Below are positions 18,954-29,423 of a DNA stretch of 53,109 bases, in pieces. How positions within the stretch are numbered: the stretch's first letter is position 1; each line of letters starts with the position of its first letter. This DNA comes from Candidatus Velthaea sp. (GTDB taxonomy: Bacteria > Vulcanimicrobiota > Vulcanimicrobiia > Vulcanimicrobiales > Vulcanimicrobiaceae), in NCBI GenBank assembly GCA_050012475.1, contig JBEKHC010000027.1, positions 1 to 53,109 on the forward strand, in the 5' to 3' direction. A program made the translations under genes and the position numbers. The notes under the pieces are model-generated. The model was given only the letters and a program-made list of their open reading frames with translations. It ran no database searches and had not been told where the DNA came from.

Positions 18954-20450
18954 ATGACACGTCGTCACGGTTCCAAGGTCCGTGAAAAACAGCCGGATGC
19001 GCTGGTGGTCGGCGCCGGTGTCGCCGGCCTCACGGCGGCGGCGATTTTAGCGCACAACGGCCTCAAAGTCCAGGTCCTCGAGCGCCACACGCTGCCCGGC
19101 GGCTGCGCCTCGTTCTACCTCCGCGCGGGCTATCGATTCGACGTCGGCGCGACCGTGGTGAGCGGGTTCGGGCGGCGCGGCGTCCACCGGCTGCTGGCCG
19201 AGCGCTTGGATCTGCATCTCGATGCCGTGCCGCTCGAGCCGGCGATGGAGGTCCAAGTCGGCAGCCAGCGGATTCGCCGCTTCGGTGACGCGCGCTGGCG
19301 CGCAGAGCGGCTGCGGGCCTTCGGGCCGGCAGCGGAACCGTTTTGGCAGGAGCAGGAGCGCATCGCCGATTTGGCCTGGGACTTTTCGGCCCGCTTTCCG
19401 GCGTTGCCGGCGGACTTCAGTGGGCTGAAATCGCTGCTGGGCGCCTTGCGCCCGCGCCATCTCGGCTTGCTCGGCACGCTCGGCCGAACCGTCGCGCAGA
19501 TTCTGCCGCCCGGGGCCGGCGCCACCTTGCGCGCCTTCGTCGATGCTCAGCTGCTGATCACCGCACAAGCCGATGCGGCTTCGACCGACCTCGCCTACGG
19601 CGCGACCGCGCTGGACATCGCGCGCGAAGGCACGTTTCATCTCTCCGGCGGGGTTTCGGCGATCTCCGTTGCGCTGGCGCGCGCGATCCGGCGGGCGGGC
19701 GGTCAGATTGCCTACGGCACGCCGGCCGCCGCTTTTCTCGTCGAGCGGCAGCGCGTTTGCGGCGTGCGCCTGGCCAGCGGCGAGGTGCTGCGCGCGGCGG
19801 CCGTGATCGCTGCCATCCCGCTGCTCGACGTTCGCCGGATGCTGGGCGATCACGGCGGCGCGCTCCACGCGCGGGTTGCGGGTCTGCCGCAGCGCTGGGG
19901 GGCGTTCATGGCCTACGCCGGACTTCCGCTCGGCGTCGTGCCGGCCAACTGCGCCCTTCACCACCAGCTGGTTCGCGACCCCGACGCGCCGCTGGGCGAA
20001 GGCAACTCCGTTTTTCTGTCGTTTTCGGCGCCTGGCGAGCGGGAGCGCGCTCGCGGCGGCGGCCGGGCGGTAACGATCTCGACGCACACGGACGTCGCGG
20101 GCTGGGAACGTGCGCACGCCGCCGGAACCTATGCGCAGCGCAAAGCCGACTATGCCCGTCGGCTGTGCGCGGCACTCGACACCGTCGTCGCCGGGGCGTC
20201 CGCGCGCGCCGAGCTCATCGAGTACGCCACCCCCCACACCTTCGCCGCCTATACCGGGCGTGCGCGGGGCCTCGTCGGCGGGCTGCCGCAGACGCCCGCG
20301 CACGCCAATCTGCGCGCACTTTCGCACCGCGAAAGCGGCATCCACGGGTTAACGGTGTGCGGCGACAGCGTCTTTCCCGGCCAGAGCACGGTGGGTGCGT
20401 CCCTCTCGGGCGTTGCGGCGGCCGATGCGCTCGGCTTGCTCCGCCGCTGA
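18954..20450 (+). CDS. FAD-dependent phytoene desaturase-family oxidoreductase (CrtD/CrtI-like)
   Basis: VVGAGVAGL, LERHTLPGGCAS, FDVGAT, ATPHTFAAYT and GDSVFPGQS motifs. Start uncertain. Confidence 0.85.
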   Translation: MTRRHGSKVREKQPDALVVGAGVAGLTAAAILAHNGLKVQVLERHTLPGGCASFYLRAGYRFDVGATVVSGFGRRGVHRLLAERLDLHLDAVPLEPAMEVQVGSQRIRRFGDARWRAERLRAFGPAAEPFWQEQERIADLAWDFSARFPALPADFSGLKSLLGALRPRHLGLLGTLGRTVAQILPPGAGATLRAFVDAQLLITAQADAASTDLAYGATALDIAREGTFHLSGGVSAISVALARAIRRAGGQIAYGTPAAAFLVERQRVCGVRLASGEVLRAAAVIAAIPLLDVRRMLGDHGGALHARVAGLPQRWGAFMAYAGLPLGVVPANCALHHQLVRDPDAPLGEGNSVFLSFSAPGERERARGGGRAVTISTHTDVAGWERAHAAGTYAQRKADYARRLCAALDTVVAGASARAELIEYATPHTFAAYTGRARGLVGGLPQTPAHANLRALSHRESGIHGLTVCGDSVFPGQSTVGASLSGVAAADALGLLRR

Positions 20451-20469
20451 TCGGCACGCCGGCCCTGCG

Positions 20470-20871
20470 CTACGCCGACGAGAGCTTTTCTTCCAACCGT
20501 TCGATGAATCGCCGGCGGTCGGTCAAGTAGCGTTCGTGGGTCCCTTCGGCGATTTTTTCACGTTCGTCGAACGCCGAAAACGCGAACTCGACGCGCCGGC
20601 CGTCCAACTTTATGACCTCGACTTCGGTGCGGATGATCAGGCCCACCGGCGTCGATGCGAGGTGCGACAAGTCGATGTGGGTTCCCAGGCTAACTTCGTT
20701 GGCGCTCATCGTCGGTGCGATGCACTGCATCGCGGCATCTTCGACGAGTTGCATTAGCATCGGCGTCGAGAGGACGTCAACACCTTTGTTTCCCGCTTTC
20801 TCGGCGGTCATCCATTCTTCGACGCGCGTTTGACTCTGATAGGTTCGACCGACGTCGAGTTTGGCTGCCAT
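20470..20871 (-). CDS. Hotdog-fold thioesterase, fluoroacetyl-CoA thioesterase (FlK)-like
   Basis: VLSTPMLMQLVE, SLGTHIDLSHLASTPVG and GTHER motifs. Confidence 0.88.
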   Translation of the reverse strand: MAAKLDVGRTYQSQTRVEEWMTAEKAGNKGVDVLSTPMLMQLVEDAAMQCIAPTMSANEVSLGTHIDLSHLASTPVGLIIRTEVEVIKLDGRRVEFAFSAFDEREKIAEGTHERYLTDRRRFIERLEEKLSSA

Positions 20872-20985
20872 GCTCGAAGACCATACGCGCAGCAACCGCG
20901 TGAATCATTTCTTGGTCCTCGCCGGTAGTTGGGGTGCGCAACCGTTTCGGCGATGCCGAGCGCACGAGCGTATAAAAGGAGACAC

Positions 20986-22404
20986 ATGGGAGCCATCGAG
21001 CGCGCGATTTTCGTCGTGACCGCTGCAGCGGTTGCGCTGGCCGGTTGCGGAAAATCGGGCGGCAGCCGGAGCGGGGCGCCGCCGATCGCCGTTAACGTCG
21101 CGCAAGCGCAGCGGGGCGATATCGCAACCTACATCGCATTGGACGGCCAGATCGCGCCGATGCAGCAATCGACGTTGAGCACGCCGCAATCCGGCACGCT
21201 GGCCGCGGTGTACGTCACGGAGGGTACGCGGGTAACCCGCGGTCAGCTGCTGGCCAAGATCGACGACTCGGCGCTGCGCGCGCAGCTCGAGCAGGCCGAG
21301 GGACAGGTTACCCAGGCCCAAGCCGCACTGCAGGGCCAAACCCTGCAAAATCCGATTACCAGCCAAACGGTTAATTCCGCTGTCACGACTGCTGAACAGA
21401 CGCTGAACGCTGCGAAGAACACGCTCATAAGCGATCAGGCGGCCGAGGCCAACGCCAAGCTCGTCTACACGCAAAATAAGGAGCTGCTCGGCCAAGGCTA
21501 CGTCTCGCAAACCAGCGCCGAGCAGTCGCGTTCGGCATACGTCGCCGCGCAGCAAGCCACGGCCAACGCGCGCACGCAGGTGACCGCGTCGCAGGCCGCG
21601 CTCGAGAGCGCGCGCCGCAATCTCGGCCAGACCGGCATTCAAACGCAAACCGTGGCCGGCGCAAAGGGCACGCTGCAATCGCAACAGGGGCAAGTCAAGC
21701 TGCTCCAGACCGAGATCGCGCAGACCAGTCTGATCGCCCCGTTCACCGGCGTGATCACGCAGCGATTGCTCGATCCGGGAGCTTTCGCGGGACCCAACGC
21801 GCCGATTCTCCAGGTCTCGCAGATCGATACGGTTTACGTCAACGTCAACGTGCCCGACGACAACCTAGGTTATGTGCGCAAGGGGACGGCGGTCACGTTC
21901 ACCTCGAGCAGCACCCCCGGAAAAACGTTCCGCGGGTCGGTGTACGACGTCAACGCGACGCCCACGACGGGGACGCTGTCGTATCGAGCGCGCCTGGTTG
22001 TGCCGAACCCCGACGATACGTTGCGCGGCGGCATGCTCGTGACCGTCCAAGTCCAAAAAGAACGCCACAACAATACGATCATCGTGCCGCGCACCGCGAT
22101 CATGGAGACCGAGAACGGCGCCAGCGTGTTTACCGTCGTCGATCCGCCCGCGCAGCCCGGTGCTGCTCCGGCGGCGGGTGCCGGCGGCGCGGCTCCCGGC
22201 GGTCCGCCGCAGCCGGTCATCAAGCAAGCCAAAGCGGTTCCGGTCCAGCTCGGCCTGCAAACCGATACCCTCGCGGAGGTCCGTTCGCCCGACGTTTCCG
22301 CCGGGACCACGGTGATAACGACGCGGCCCGATGCGTTGCAGGACAAGAGCATGGTAGCCATGAGTGCACCGACCGGCCAAGGCGCCGGACCAGCCGCTAG
22401 ATAA
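20986..22404 (+). CDS. Efflux RND/MacA-type periplasmic adaptor subunit (lipoprotein)
   Basis: AAAGGAG RBS, LAGC lipobox, lipoyl halves (SGTLAAVYVTEG...GQLLAKID; APFTGVIT), long coiled coil and LRGGM motif. Confidence 0.92.
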   Translation: MGAIERAIFVVTAAAVALAGCGKSGGSRSGAPPIAVNVAQAQRGDIATYIALDGQIAPMQQSTLSTPQSGTLAAVYVTEGTRVTRGQLLAKIDDSALRAQLEQAEGQVTQAQAALQGQTLQNPITSQTVNSAVTTAEQTLNAAKNTLISDQAAEANAKLVYTQNKELLGQGYVSQTSAEQSRSAYVAAQQATANARTQVTASQAALESARRNLGQTGIQTQTVAGAKGTLQSQQGQVKLLQTEIAQTSLIAPFTGVITQRLLDPGAFAGPNAPILQVSQIDTVYVNVNVPDDNLGYVRKGTAVTFTSSSTPGKTFRGSVYDVNATPTTGTLSYRARLVVPNPDDTLRGGMLVTVQVQKERHNNTIIVPRTAIMETENGASVFTVVDPPAQPGAAPAAGAGGAAPGGPPQPVIKQAKAVPVQLGLQTDTLAEVRSPDVSAGTTVITTRPDALQDKSMVAMSAPTGQGAGPAAR

Positions 22405-22417
22405 GAAGAAGCGTACT

Positions 22418-23950
22418 TTGCAGCAGCAACATCTTCGCACGCTCGCGGGCGTCGCGCTCTCGGCGCTTGTCATTTCGACGACGGCCCCGCGTTTGGTACG
22501 CGCCCAGCAATCACCGAAGAGTTCGGCGGTTCCGATGCCCCACGGCACGTTCAATCCCAACGCGACGATCGTGCTGCCCCCGGCCAGTCAGCCCACCTCG
22601 ATGCCATATCCGGCATACGGCACACCGGTGCCCGGCGTCAACAGCGGCGAGGTGAATCCGGGCGTTCCGCAAGTGGTCACGCTCGATCAGTCGATCGCGA
22701 TCGGCTACGCGCGTTCGCCGCTGCTCGCGCAAGCGCGTGCGCAACTCGAGATCGAGAGCGCCCCGGTCCAACTCGCGCGCACGGCGCTGTTGCCGAACAT
22801 CGCGGGCACGGCGTCGACGGCGAAGGAACACAGTCAGGACGGGGCGCGCTCGACGACCGGTACCGGTGTGACGGGGACCGGCGCGACAACGGCCAGCGGC
22901 GGCCCGCTGTCGTTCACCTCGAACGCGCTCTCCGTTTCGCTTCAGCAGTTGATTTACGACGGGGGCCGGGTTTCCGCCGAGATCCGGGCGGCCAGGAACA
23001 ATCAAAGTTCGCAGGCCGCAACCTACCGGCGCGAACTCCAAACCGTCGCTTTCAATGTTGCCAACGCCTATTACAACTCGCTCGCCGCGCAGCGCGCGAC
23101 GGCCGTCGCCGTGCAAACGGTGCTCGTCGATCAAACCAACGAAGACCTCGTATCGGCGCAGATCCGCGCCGGAACGGCCGCCAAGGCCGATCTCGCCACC
23201 GCGCAGCTGCCGACCGCTCAGGCCCGAGTCGCGGTGGTCCAGGACCAAGGCGCCGAACTTTCCGCGCAAGCGACGTTTGCCAACGCGATGGGTCTGGATG
23301 CCAACACGGCCGTGCTGCCGCGTGACGACACGCCCGTCAACGGCGCGGCCGTCACCTCGACGATTGCCATTCCCACCTACACCCAGGCGTTTGCGCGCGC
23401 GATCGCATTGCGGCCCGACGTCACCGCGCAAGCCTTGACCGTGAGCGGACTGCAGGCGACGCTGCGCGCGACGCAGCTCACCAACTTTCCGACCTTGAGC
23501 GGCACGGCGACGGCGTCGACCGCTTCGACCGATCTCACCGGCGGCACGTTCCGCAACGATTCGTCGATCGGCCTGGCGCTCTCGATTCCGATCTACGACC
23601 AGGGGGTCGTGGCCGCCGAAGTCGCACAAGCGCGCGGCAATCTCGCGCTGGGCGTGGCCAATCAGCAATCCGTTATCGAAGGCGTGCAGCTCAACGTGAA
23701 GCAGTCGCTCGTCGCGCTCGTTTCGGCGAAGGCGGCGCTGACCAGCGCGGACGTTGCACTCAACGAAGCCCAGGTGGTGCTCAAATCGACGCAGGCGCAG
23801 TATCGCGCCGGCGTCACTACGCTGCCCCTGCTGCTCAACGCCCAGGTCGGATTGACGCAAGCGTTGAGCACCCAAACGACCTCGGTGTACACGCTGCGGC
23901 AAGCCGAACAAGCCTTCTTGTACGCGGAGGGCGCCAACGGCGCACCGTGA
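22418..23950 (+). CDS. TolC-family outer membrane efflux protein
   Basis: Two TolC repeats (LQQLIYDGG...VANAYY; LSIPIYDQG...YRAGVTTL). Start uncertain. Confidence 0.9.
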   Translation: MQQQHLRTLAGVALSALVISTTAPRLVRAQQSPKSSAVPMPHGTFNPNATIVLPPASQPTSMPYPAYGTPVPGVNSGEVNPGVPQVVTLDQSIAIGYARSPLLAQARAQLEIESAPVQLARTALLPNIAGTASTAKEHSQDGARSTTGTGVTGTGATTASGGPLSFTSNALSVSLQQLIYDGGRVSAEIRAARNNQSSQAATYRRELQTVAFNVANAYYNSLAAQRATAVAVQTVLVDQTNEDLVSAQIRAGTAAKADLATAQLPTAQARVAVVQDQGAELSAQATFANAMGLDANTAVLPRDDTPVNGAAVTSTIAIPTYTQAFARAIALRPDVTAQALTVSGLQATLRATQLTNFPTLSGTATASTASTDLTGGTFRNDSSIGLALSIPIYDQGVVAAEVAQARGNLALGVANQQSVIEGVQLNVKQSLVALVSAKAALTSADVALNEAQVVLKSTQAQYRAGVTTLPLLLNAQVGLTQALSTQTTSVYTLRQAEQAFLYAEGANGAP

Positions 23951-23975
23951 AGCGCGGCACCGGTCCGGAGCGGCG

Positions 23976-25619
23976 GTGATCGGGTGGCGGCTCGCCGCGA
24001 GCGTCCTTGTGACGCTCGCTTTTTCGGCATGCACGAAAGTCGAGACGCCGGCGGCCGGAAGCGCAAGCGGACATCCCGACCGGCTGATCATCGCGGATGC
24101 GTCGGACCCCCGGAATTTGAATCCGGCCCTCGCGACGGCCAATCCGGTGCTGCCGCTCTCGGCGTTTCTGTTCTCGTATACCGTTCGCTACGACGAACAC
24201 GCCCGCCCGGTTCCCGATGCGGTCAGCGAAATTCCGACCACGGCCAACGGCGACGTCAGCCGCGACGGGCTCACGCTCAAATACAAACTACGGCACGGGA
24301 TCAAGTGGCACGACGGGGCCGAGCTCACTTGCAGCGATCTGCGCTTCACTTGGCAAGTGATGATCAATCCGAAAAATAACGTCATCACCACCGACGGCTG
24401 GAAAGACATCGCCGGCGTCGACTGCCGCGATCCGTACGTCGCGGTCGTGCACCTCAAGAAGATCTACGCGCCGTTTCTCCAGCAGCTGTGGAGCGTCAAC
24501 GGCAACGGGCCGATCCTGCCCGAGCATCTGCTGGGCAAGCTCAACGACGATGCGGGCAGTTTGAATTCGGCACCGTATAATTCGGCGCCGATCGGCAGCG
24601 GGCCGTACAAGTTCGTTTCGTGGACGCGCGGTTCGGAGGTTCGCCTGGCGGCGTTCGACGGCTATTTTCTGGGCAAACCAAAGATCGGCGAAGTCGTCTT
24701 CAAAATCATTCCCGATCAGAACACGCTGGCCACCCAACTCCAGACGCACGAGATCGACGTGGGCTGGAACTTGGCCGCGTCGTCGTACGAAACCGTGCGT
24801 CACATCGCCGGGACGACGACGATCGCGCCGGTTATCTACACGTACGACCACATCGATTTCAATTTGCGGCGTCCGCTTTTCGCCGACGTGCGCGTCCGCC
24901 GCGCATTGACGTTCGCGATCGACCGGGCCTCGCTCTTGGCCAAGCTGCGGCACAATTTAGGCGAATTGAGCGCGACGTTTTTGAGTCCCACGCTCTATCC
25001 GTTCGCGCAGGCCCCGAACGTCATGCGCTATCCATACGATCCGGGCAAAGCCAAGCTGCTGCTCGATGAAGCGGGCTGGCACGCCGGGCTCGACGGGATT
25101 CGGGTGAAGAACGGGCAGCGGCTCGCGTTTCAGCTTTCAACGCAAACGGAATCCACCGGCGGCCACCTGCTGCAAGCGCAGCTGCAGACGTATTGGCGGG
25201 CGATCGGGGCTGCGGCGGAGATCAAGAACTACCCGACCCCGGTCTTTTTCGACAATACAAGTGCCGGCATTCTCCAAGGCGGGAAATACGACGTGGCGAC
25301 CTTCGCTTGGTCCGGTGCCGCCGATATGGACAGCAGCGCGATCTATTCGGCCCACTATCTGGCACCGCACGGACAAAACGCGTTGTTTTGGCAAAATGCG
25401 GTGGCCACCAAAGCCATGGACGACGCCAACGAAACGATCGACGAGCGCCGGCGCATCGCCGACTACGCGGTCGTTCAGCGTGAGTTTGCCAGCGACGATC
25501 CGTCGATCATCCTGTGGTTTCGCAAGGACGTCCAGGTGTATACCGACGCGCTGCACGGCTTCTCCTCGACGCCGGTGATCACCGTGCCGTTTTGGAATCC
25601 ATGGGCGTACCACTTCTAG
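23976..25619 (+). CDS. Peptide ABC transporter substrate-binding lipoprotein (family 5)
   Basis: AFSAC lipobox; DPRNLNP, KWHDG, PIGSGPYKF and RVRRAL motifs. Confidence 0.93.
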   Translation: MIGWRLAASVLVTLAFSACTKVETPAAGSASGHPDRLIIADASDPRNLNPALATANPVLPLSAFLFSYTVRYDEHARPVPDAVSEIPTTANGDVSRDGLTLKYKLRHGIKWHDGAELTCSDLRFTWQVMINPKNNVITTDGWKDIAGVDCRDPYVAVVHLKKIYAPFLQQLWSVNGNGPILPEHLLGKLNDDAGSLNSAPYNSAPIGSGPYKFVSWTRGSEVRLAAFDGYFLGKPKIGEVVFKIIPDQNTLATQLQTHEIDVGWNLAASSYETVRHIAGTTTIAPVIYTYDHIDFNLRRPLFADVRVRRALTFAIDRASLLAKLRHNLGELSATFLSPTLYPFAQAPNVMRYPYDPGKAKLLLDEAGWHAGLDGIRVKNGQRLAFQLSTQTESTGGHLLQAQLQTYWRAIGAAAEIKNYPTPVFFDNTSAGILQGGKYDVATFAWSGAADMDSSAIYSAHYLAPHGQNALFWQNAVATKAMDDANETIDERRRIADYAVVQREFASDDPSIILWFRKDVQVYTDALHGFSSTPVITVPFWNPWAYHF

Positions 25620-25643
25620 AGCGCCGAGTTTGAGGCGGAGACG

Positions 25644-27311
25644 ATGAGCCGTTTGCTTGGGCTGTTGCTTTGTGCGTGTCTGTTGGCCGGCTGCACCAAG
25701 GTTGGCGACAACCCCGCCCAGCCGGTGCAATCACATCAAGCTGCGGCGCCCGGCGCGCCAAGCGCGGCGAGGAACAGAGCGACGATCGCGCACACGCTGC
25801 GCATCGGAGATACGCAAGACATCACCTCGCTCAATCCGCATCTGGCGACGGCGCTGTCGCTGAACTTCATGTCGCAGATGACGATGGCGTACCTCGTGCG
25901 GTACGGTCACGACAACCGGCCGATTCCCGAGCTTGCCACCGTGGTCCCGACCAAAAAAAATCATCTCATCAGCGGCGACGGTTTGACCATCACCTGGCAT
26001 CTGCGCAAAGGCGTGAAGTGGTCGGACGGCGTGCCGTTCGACGCCGACGACATGGTGTTCTCGACCAATGCCGTCAATAATCCGCAAAACAACGAAGTCG
26101 GGCGTGACGGCTGGGACTTGATCACCAAGATCGACGAACCCGACAAATACACCGTCGTCTTCCATCTCAAGAGGCCCTACTCTGCGTTTCTGCCAACGTT
26201 TTTCGGCTCGGCGGGCGCCAACCCGTGTTTGCTGCCCAAACATCTGCTGGGCACCTTGGCCAACATCAACAACGCCGATTACAATAGCAAGCCGGTGGGC
26301 ATCGGCCCGTTCCGCTATGTGAACTGGGTTCGCGGCGATCATGTCGAACTGGAAGCCAACCCGTACTACTGGCGCGGGACGCCCAAGCTCAAGAAGGTCA
26401 TCTTCAAACTCATTCCCGACAGCAACACGCTGCTGACGCAATTGCAGACCGGCGAGGTCGATTTGTGGCCGCTGGTCGATTCGGGTTTCTACGATCGCGT
26501 GAAAACGCTTTCGGGCCGGACGACGATCCATAGTCCGGGGTACCTCTACAGCCACTTGGACTTCAACCTCAAGCGCGCGGTGTTCGCCGACAAGGCCGTG
26601 CGCGAGGCACTGCGTTACGCAGTCGACCGGCGAACGTTGCGCGATAAGGTCCTGCACGGGCTGGGCGTTCTGCAAGCGGGGCCGCTGTCGCCGGCCAGCC
26701 CACTCTATACGGCGTTGCCGGACGTTCCGTTCGATTTGGCCAAGGCCAATGCATTGCTCGACGCGGCCGGTTGGAAGCGCGGTGCCGACGGCATTCGCGC
26801 GAAAGGCGCCCGTCGGCTGGCGTTCGATTTTGCGCTGACCAGCGGCTCACCCGACGCCGATCAAGAAGTCGAATTGCTGCGCAGCACGTGGCAGCAGATC
26901 GGTGCGCGCATCAACGTGCTGCACTATCCGTCGGCGACGATCTTCGCTCCTTACCAGCAAGGCGGCATCGTTTACGCCGGAAAATTCGACATGGTGACGT
27001 TTTCCTGGCAATTGACGCCCGACGGCGACTTATCGAACGTCTATGAATGCTCGCAGATGCCGCCCAACGGCCAGAATGTGCTGCACTATTGCAATCCGAA
27101 AACTGACGCTCTCTTGCAGCAGTCGAAGGCCGCGTACGATGAGGAACAGCGGCGGCCGATTCTCGCCGCGATCCAAAAACAGATCATCGCCGACGTTCCC
27201 GAAGTGGTGATGTGGATTCGTGAGGACGTGTATTCGTACAACTCGGATTTGACCGGCTGGCACCCGAACAACACGACGCCGTTCGACGACATGCTCGGGG
27301 TCGATCTCTAA
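25644..27311 (+). CDS. Peptide ABC transporter substrate-binding lipoprotein (family 5)
   Basis: LLAGC lipobox; SLNP, KWSDG, PVGIGPFRY and AVREAL motifs. Confidence 0.93.
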   Translation: MSRLLGLLLCACLLAGCTKVGDNPAQPVQSHQAAAPGAPSAARNRATIAHTLRIGDTQDITSLNPHLATALSLNFMSQMTMAYLVRYGHDNRPIPELATVVPTKKNHLISGDGLTITWHLRKGVKWSDGVPFDADDMVFSTNAVNNPQNNEVGRDGWDLITKIDEPDKYTVVFHLKRPYSAFLPTFFGSAGANPCLLPKHLLGTLANINNADYNSKPVGIGPFRYVNWVRGDHVELEANPYYWRGTPKLKKVIFKLIPDSNTLLTQLQTGEVDLWPLVDSGFYDRVKTLSGRTTIHSPGYLYSHLDFNLKRAVFADKAVREALRYAVDRRTLRDKVLHGLGVLQAGPLSPASPLYTALPDVPFDLAKANALLDAAGWKRGADGIRAKGARRLAFDFALTSGSPDADQEVELLRSTWQQIGARINVLHYPSATIFAPYQQGGIVYAGKFDMVTFSWQLTPDGDLSNVYECSQMPPNGQNVLHYCNPKTDALLQQSKAAYDEEQRRPILAAIQKQIIADVPEVVMWIREDVYSYNSDLTGWHPNNTTPFDDMLGVDL

Positions 27312-28876
27312 GCGCGGCTCGAGCCCGTGCGCGCCGCAGCCCGACGGCGCCGCGAGCGGCGAATGCGGCGCGCCAACGCCGCAACCGACCAGCCGGAGCG
27401 GACGTCCGGGGTTCCGCGCACGTCGCCGCGCAGCGTCGGGACGCGCAGGCGGCGAGCTTCCGCCACCAACGCCGCGCTCAGCACGATGCAGCCCGCGAGC
27501 GGCAAACCGCGCAGCAGACCCCACGCCGGAATTCGCGCGGTCAGCCCGGTGGCGCGCTGTTCGGCGGCCCACACGGCGCTCGCATCGGTTGCGGGATCGG
27601 CGTGAAAGGTGACCGGGAGGCGGTCGGGCCAGACCGGTGCCGGGCGCGAGCGGCCCAGCGGCAGCGCGATGGCGGCCAAACACGCGAAGACCAGCAGTCC
27701 CCAGCCTTCGGGCGGAAATCCGCGTCCCACGGGCCGCTGCAGTGCGGCGAAGCCCAAGACGACCGCCAGCCCCAGGCAAACGATCTGGCCCTGCGCGGCA
27801 GTGCGCTGCGCGAAGCCGAACCAATCGACGAGCAACAGGACCGCGGCGACGGATGCCAAGGCGCGCGCCCGGCCTCGTGCGCGCAGCGCGAGGATCAGCA
27901 GCGGCAGCAGTTCGAGCACGAAGTCATGCTCGTGGAAGAACGGGACCGCGAACGGGAACAAGGCGCACGTGAGCAGGGCCGCGCTTGTCGCATTGAGCCG
28001 TTCGCGCACGATGCAGAGGATGAGCGCGCCCACCGCGGCCAGCGCCGCCGCCGAGCCCAGCATGGCCGCAACGTTGGGGGCGAGTCCGAAGCTGTAGGCG
28101 ATCGCGGACGGCGTGTGCTGAATGGCCACGTCGCGCTCGGCCGCCCCATGGGCGGCGAGCCGGCGCAGGTATGACGCGACGCCCCGGTCGCCACCGCCCG
28201 CTGCCAAGGTCAGAGCCGCGAACGCCGATCCCGCAGCAGCCGCCAGCGCGATGTCCCACGGCGTTCGCAACCGGCCCAAGAGCGCGAGCGCGAGATTGGG
28301 TTGAATGCCCGCGAGCAACGTCGCGCCGATCGCCTCCGCCGGGCGGCGCGCGCGATAGGCGATGAGCGCGCCGGCAACGCCGGCGGCGCTGACGAGCGCG
28401 GCTTGTCCCAGCGCAAGCGCGCTGACGACCGGCGCGCTTGCGAGCGTGAACGCTGCGGTCCAGGCCACCGTCGGGCCGTCATGGGCAGCTCGAGATAGGC
28501 GAAATGCGGCGGCGATGATGCCGGCCAGTGCGGCAGCGAGCAGCGCGGTCCAGACAACGGCGGCGGCGTGATACGGGAGCCGCGCCAGCGTCGACCACAA
28601 CGGCAGCGCGGCAGCCGGACCGACGTACGGCAACAGCTCGTCATGCTCGGCGTTCACGCCGGGAATCCGGCGCTCGACGCTCCAAATCCCCCGCGAATAC
28701 GGGTCGCCGCCGGCGTTGACCGTTGCTCCGGCGGCATAATAGGCCTCGAAGTCACGTTCGAGCGGCCCCGGCGTCGAGGGCGGCCGGAAAACGGTATATG
28801 CCAGAACGAGGGCAACGGCCATCGCGGCGCGGGGAGCCGAGCGCGCTGAGCGCGCGAGATTAGGGATCGGCCGCAT
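27308..28876 (-). CDS. Polytopic membrane protein, GT-C / glycosyltransferase family 87-like
   Basis: DFEAYYAAG...GGDPY, LPYVGP, LGQ and PFFHEHD motifs; many TM helices. Start uncertain. Confidence 0.75.
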   Translation of the reverse strand: MRPIPNLARSARSAPRAAMAVALVLAYTVFRPPSTPGPLERDFEAYYAAGATVNAGGDPYSRGIWSVERRIPGVNAEHDELLPYVGPAAALPLWSTLARLPYHAAAVVWTALLAAALAGIIAAAFRLSRAAHDGPTVAWTAAFTLASAPVVSALALGQAALVSAAGVAGALIAYRARRPAEAIGATLLAGIQPNLALALLGRLRTPWDIALAAAAGSAFAALTLAAGGGDRGVASYLRRLAAHGAAERDVAIQHTPSAIAYSFGLAPNVAAMLGSAAALAAVGALILCIVRERLNATSAALLTCALFPFAVPFFHEHDFVLELLPLLILALRARGRARALASVAAVLLLVDWFGFAQRTAAQGQIVCLGLAVVLGFAALQRPVGRGFPPEGWGLLVFACLAAIALPLGRSRPAPVWPDRLPVTFHADPATDASAVWAAEQRATGLTARIPAWGLLRGLPLAGCIVLSAALVAEARRLRVPTLRGDVRGTPDVRSGWSVAALARRIRRSRRRRAAARTGSSRA

Positions 28877-29423
28877 ACAGGACGAGCCGCTCAGCCACGC
28901 CGGCGTTGCCAATCACGTAGCCCAAGCCGCCTGGAAAGCGGATCTCGCAAGCGTTCTCGTACATGACCCGGCCGGGGCCGCCGACGGCCGGCGTGAAGCG
29001 CGCGTCGAGCGTCGCAAACGCTGCGCCGATTGCCACGTCGCCCGGCACCAACCGAAAGTCGCCCCAAAAATTCGGCTTCAGATCGGGCACGCTTTGCACC
29101 TTGGGCAGATAGAGTTCTACGCCGCTCAACCGGTCGGCCCGAAAAATAACGCTCAGCAGGCGCCGGCTGCCGCCGAAACGCAGCGCGTATGTCCACCAAC
29201 CTGCCGCCGGATAGGCCGCGCCGCGGCCGAAACTGCGCTGCACGTCGCGACGGCTCGTCGTCCCCAGCGCAAGCGCCAGTGTTTCATTGAACAGGATCAC
29301 CGGCCGGTCGATGGGCGGCGGCGGGGTGAGCCGCGTTTCGCGGTTGCGTTCCGCCAAGCTGGCCAGGATCTCGACCGCGCGCAGCGTGGCGAAATCGGGC
29401 GGCGGCCGATCGTCGCTGCTCAT
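28860..29423 (-). CDS. Hypothetical protein
   Basis: ATGA overlap with the upstream M50 gene; globular composition; no recognised motif. Confidence 0.7.
   Translation of the reverse strand: MSSDDRPPPDFATLRAVEILASLAERNRETRLTPPPPIDRPVILFNETLALALGTTSRRDVQRSFGRGAAYPAAGWWTYALRFGGSRRLLSVIFRADRLSGVELYLPKVQSVPDLKPNFWGDFRLVPGDVAIGAAFATLDARFTPAVGGPGRVMYENACEIRFPGGLGYVIGNAGVAERLVLYAADP

Noticed and set aside
18954..20450. Carotenoid biosynthesis cluster
   Set aside because: A single desaturase-family gene with no crtB, crtE or crtY neighbours; a specific crtD call is not supportable.
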